From a virus (Duplodnaviria > Heunggongvirae > Uroviricota > Caudoviricetes): a DNA stretch of 13,703 nucleotides. Shown in pieces: positions 11,401-13,703 of this stretch. The DNA is taken from IMG/VR virus record IMGVR_UViG_3300021400_001110; one strand, written 5' to 3'. Every line of letters begins with the position of its first letter. The first letter of the stretch is position 1. A model generated the notes under the pieces. The model had not been told where the DNA came from and ran no database searches. It worked only from the letters and a program-made list of their open reading frames with translations. The translations under genes and the position numbers were made by a program.

Positions 11401-13703
11401 TCGGATTCTCCTTCCATTGGAGTTTTTCTATTTATATATGATTCAGAAGTTTCATCTTCTCCAGGAAGCATTGAATCCACAGTATACATATCTTCATTAC
11501 GAAGAATTCCTTTTTCGTCAAGAGTTTTACGTATATTTTCCCACTATTTACTTCCACCTGTAAGTTTAGATAGAATTGGTTCCATCTATGGCTAGAGTTT
11601 CTGGAATGTAGCAAAAGACTTATCAAGTTCTTCCTCAATTTTAGATGGGTCTTTTACTTGCTATTCATACATTTTGTCTACAAATTCTTTCATACCTCCA
11701 TCTAATAGATCATAATCTACATTAAGCATAGCTCTAGTAAACTATTTCTTTGTAAGAGGCATAAAAGCTCCAGCTAACTAGGGATTTATAGCAAATAGCA
11801 TTTTCTATAAGTACTCAAGAGAATAATCACCATTAAAGAACTTGTCTCTTTCTAATAACATATTAGTAAGGTCTCTACGTGCTTCCTCAAGCTCTAATTT
11901 ATTAGTATTAGCAGAACCATCAGTTTTAGATAATTCATTAATTTTCTATTCTTGAGCTACTATATTTTTAACAAGTTGTTGATATCTTCTCTGATATCCA
12001 GTTATATAAGAAACATCTTGGAGATAATCTCTCAAGGCTGTATAATTTTCATCCTATAGAACTAAGTTTTCAAATAATTCATCTTCAGATTTTACTAAAT
12101 GATTCTTTTGTAATATAGATTCTATTTGTTCTATAGACTATGTAAGTACATTATAAGCATAATCATTTTGAGATTGATTATTCTCATCTGCTGTAAGAAA
12201 TACAGCCTGAGGATTATTCTTATCATCATAAGTTTGTTCTGTTTTATATGATAATTCAGTACTTCCAAGTTGTCCTTTATCATGAAGTCTTTTTAATTCG
12301 TCTCTAATTTCCTGTCCCTTACCCTATCTAAGTAAAGTAAGTAATTCTCCAGATGCCTATTTAGCTTTGAAGTTTCCTTCTTTCAAAGAGAATATACCTC
12401 CACCAACAGCACCTCCTAAGAAAGACATTAAATATCTATCCTACATATTGTCCCATGCTCCGAGGTCAGTTACCTCAGACAGTCCATATTCTCCAGCAAT
12501 TTCTCCAAGTTGTTTTACTATATCTGTTACTAGTTCTTCTGAAGTTTCTTCAAGTCCTTCTCCAAGAGCTTTACCAAAGAATCCTAAAGTTCCTTCCTTT
12601 ATGGCTCCTTGATATTCTTCTACAGCTTTTCTACCTGCCTGTATTCCTTTTAAGAAATACTTTCCAAGACCTTTTCTTTCATCGGTAACAGCATTTTTTC
12701 CTGCTTTTACTGTTGTAGGAACTATAGATTTAAGTTGGTCTGTTAGCTTTTTAGTTTCATCAAGAACTGTATTTCTAAATACTGCTCTTTCAGCTCTCTA
12801 AGCAGGATCATAAAATATTTCTCCAAGACCTAAATACTTATCAACAGAAAACATTCCTACTGTACTTCCAAGAGCTAGCATTGCTGCCTCTCTTTTAGAT
12901 GCTCCATGATCAAGTGCATCCTAGTATACATCAGTATTAGATATAATAGCCATATAACCAAGAGATAAGTCTTGTGCTAGTTTAGTTTTCTTAGCTATAA
13001 TATTTCTAGCAGGAGTAAGATATTTTTCAAGAGCTGCACTACCATAAGTAGAAGCCATCCAATTATCTCCCTTAATAAGTTCATTAAGAGCAGTTCTATC
13101 TTTAGCACCTGTAAGTTGTGCTACTCTAGACATTGCTATTTCTCCTTTTTCTCCTTGAGTCATTAATTGATTTGCTCTGGTAATATATTCTTTGAGAGCC
13201 TTAGCTTTAGCTGCTTCTTCAGTAGCTTTAGTAGCTTTATTTATTTTAGATATATTATTAATAACCCATTGTTGTTGTCCCCATTGTAATGCTACATCAG
13301 AAATAAGACTAGCAAAGTTTTCCATAGAAAACATCTTTTCTTTAGCATAATCAGATGTACTTCCTGTAAATTTAGTACCTATACCTGCTATAGTATTAAT
13401 CAATTTAGAATCTTCTAAGTCATTATCAAAGAGACCAGCCATTCCATATAACATAGGCATAGTCTTAGCCATTTCTCTTACTACTAAAGCTCCAGCATAA
13501 TACTATCCAGCTCCAGGAATAAACATAGGAGCAAGTATAGCTAAATTTTTCATTACTGTTCCTGCAACACTTTTATCCATTCCATCAGAATCAAAAAAGT
13601 CATATTTATTTATCCATGAACCATCAATAGTAAGATTATCAGTAATGCTTAAAATATCCTTATTAGCAGCTGAACGTCCTGCTAATGTTTCATAATAAGG
13701 AAC
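5442..13703 (-). CDS. Giant crAss-like virion cargo protein (gene A), 5'-truncated by the window, at least 2753 aa under code 15, with an internal SF1 helicase domain
   Basis: Track ORFs 5652, 6429, 6978, 7212, 8064, 8844, 9135, 10200, 10908 and 12921 all share one frame (start mod 3 = 0) and each ends in TAG. Hand translation of every gap shows only TAG (46 in total) and no TAA/TGA from the window edge (VPYYETLAGRSAANK...) to ...NQINTSDC-TAA at 5442-5444. Segments YYETLAGRS, WINKYDFFDSD, KALGEGLEETSEELVTD, YLMSFLGGAVGGIF and SIRILSGMWNFRADL resemble the large protein encoded next to the RNAP in Crassvirales (recalled, not searched). Confidence 0.9.
8400..8545 (-). repeat. Low-complexity Glu/Pro then Lys/Glu linker with degenerate short tandem repeats
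   Basis: Translates to VKEEEKPEEVVIEEPEEPIEEEGPKNIPDKEKEKLEKVEKMEFEKK. The plus strand shows recurrent (gg)ttcttc and ttttc units. It lies just downstream of helicase motif VI. Confidence 0.7.
8691..9611 (-). other. Superfamily-1 helicase/P-loop NTPase domain within gene A
   Basis: Ordered motifs in one frame: Walker A GLGGGGKT (9588-9611), Ia VAGPT, Walker B LVIDEATH (9318-9341), motif III LLGDENQ (9234-9254), IV-like FSLRN, V VQGAEFDYVII (8811-8843) and VI LYTMISRSR (8691-8717). Three in-frame TAGs (9135, 9057, 8844) lie between motifs IV and V. Confidence 0.85.

Noticed and set aside
11432-11638. Minus-strand alternative-frame ORF (68 aa)
   Set aside because: Off-frame overlap inside gene A with no support.
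12367-12688. Plus-strand ORFs 12367-12612 and 12455-12688
   Set aside because: Ser/Pro-rich and Leu/Gln-rich shadows of the Gly/Glu-rich conserved segment on the minus strand.
2-13703. Interpretation as decayed pseudogenes or about 20 small genes
   Set aside because: All interruptions are TAG only, frames never shift over 8.2 kb and 5.4 kb, and protein motifs continue across the stops.
1-13703. Introns, inteins, CRISPR arrays, tRNAs, terminators or mobile elements
   Set aside because: There is no non-coding space apart from one base, and I saw no intein splice motifs, homing-endonuclease motifs or spaced direct repeats.

Overview
This AT-rich (roughly 30% GC by eye) window is fully coding on the minus strand once TAG is read as a sense codon. 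The ~20 small minus-strand ORFs in the supplied track are fragments of just two giant genes. I translated all the inter-ORF gaps by hand. Gene A (>13703 to 5442, at least 2753 aa, 46 in-frame TAG, no in-frame TAA/TGA until its final TAA) carries a compact superfamily-1 helicase/NTPase core. Gene B (ATG at 5440 to beyond position 1, at least 1813 aa, 17 in-frame TAG) carries motifs I associate with the crAss-like (Crassvirales) virion RNA polymerase. The genes are separated by one base (TGT TAA T ATG). The best reading is the giant virion-cargo/RNAP block of a TAG-recoded (genetic code 15, TAG=Gln) crAss-like gut phage. The catalytic DxDxD motif, the start of gene A and any suppressor tRNA lie outside the window. 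Family assignments come from motif recall, not a database search.
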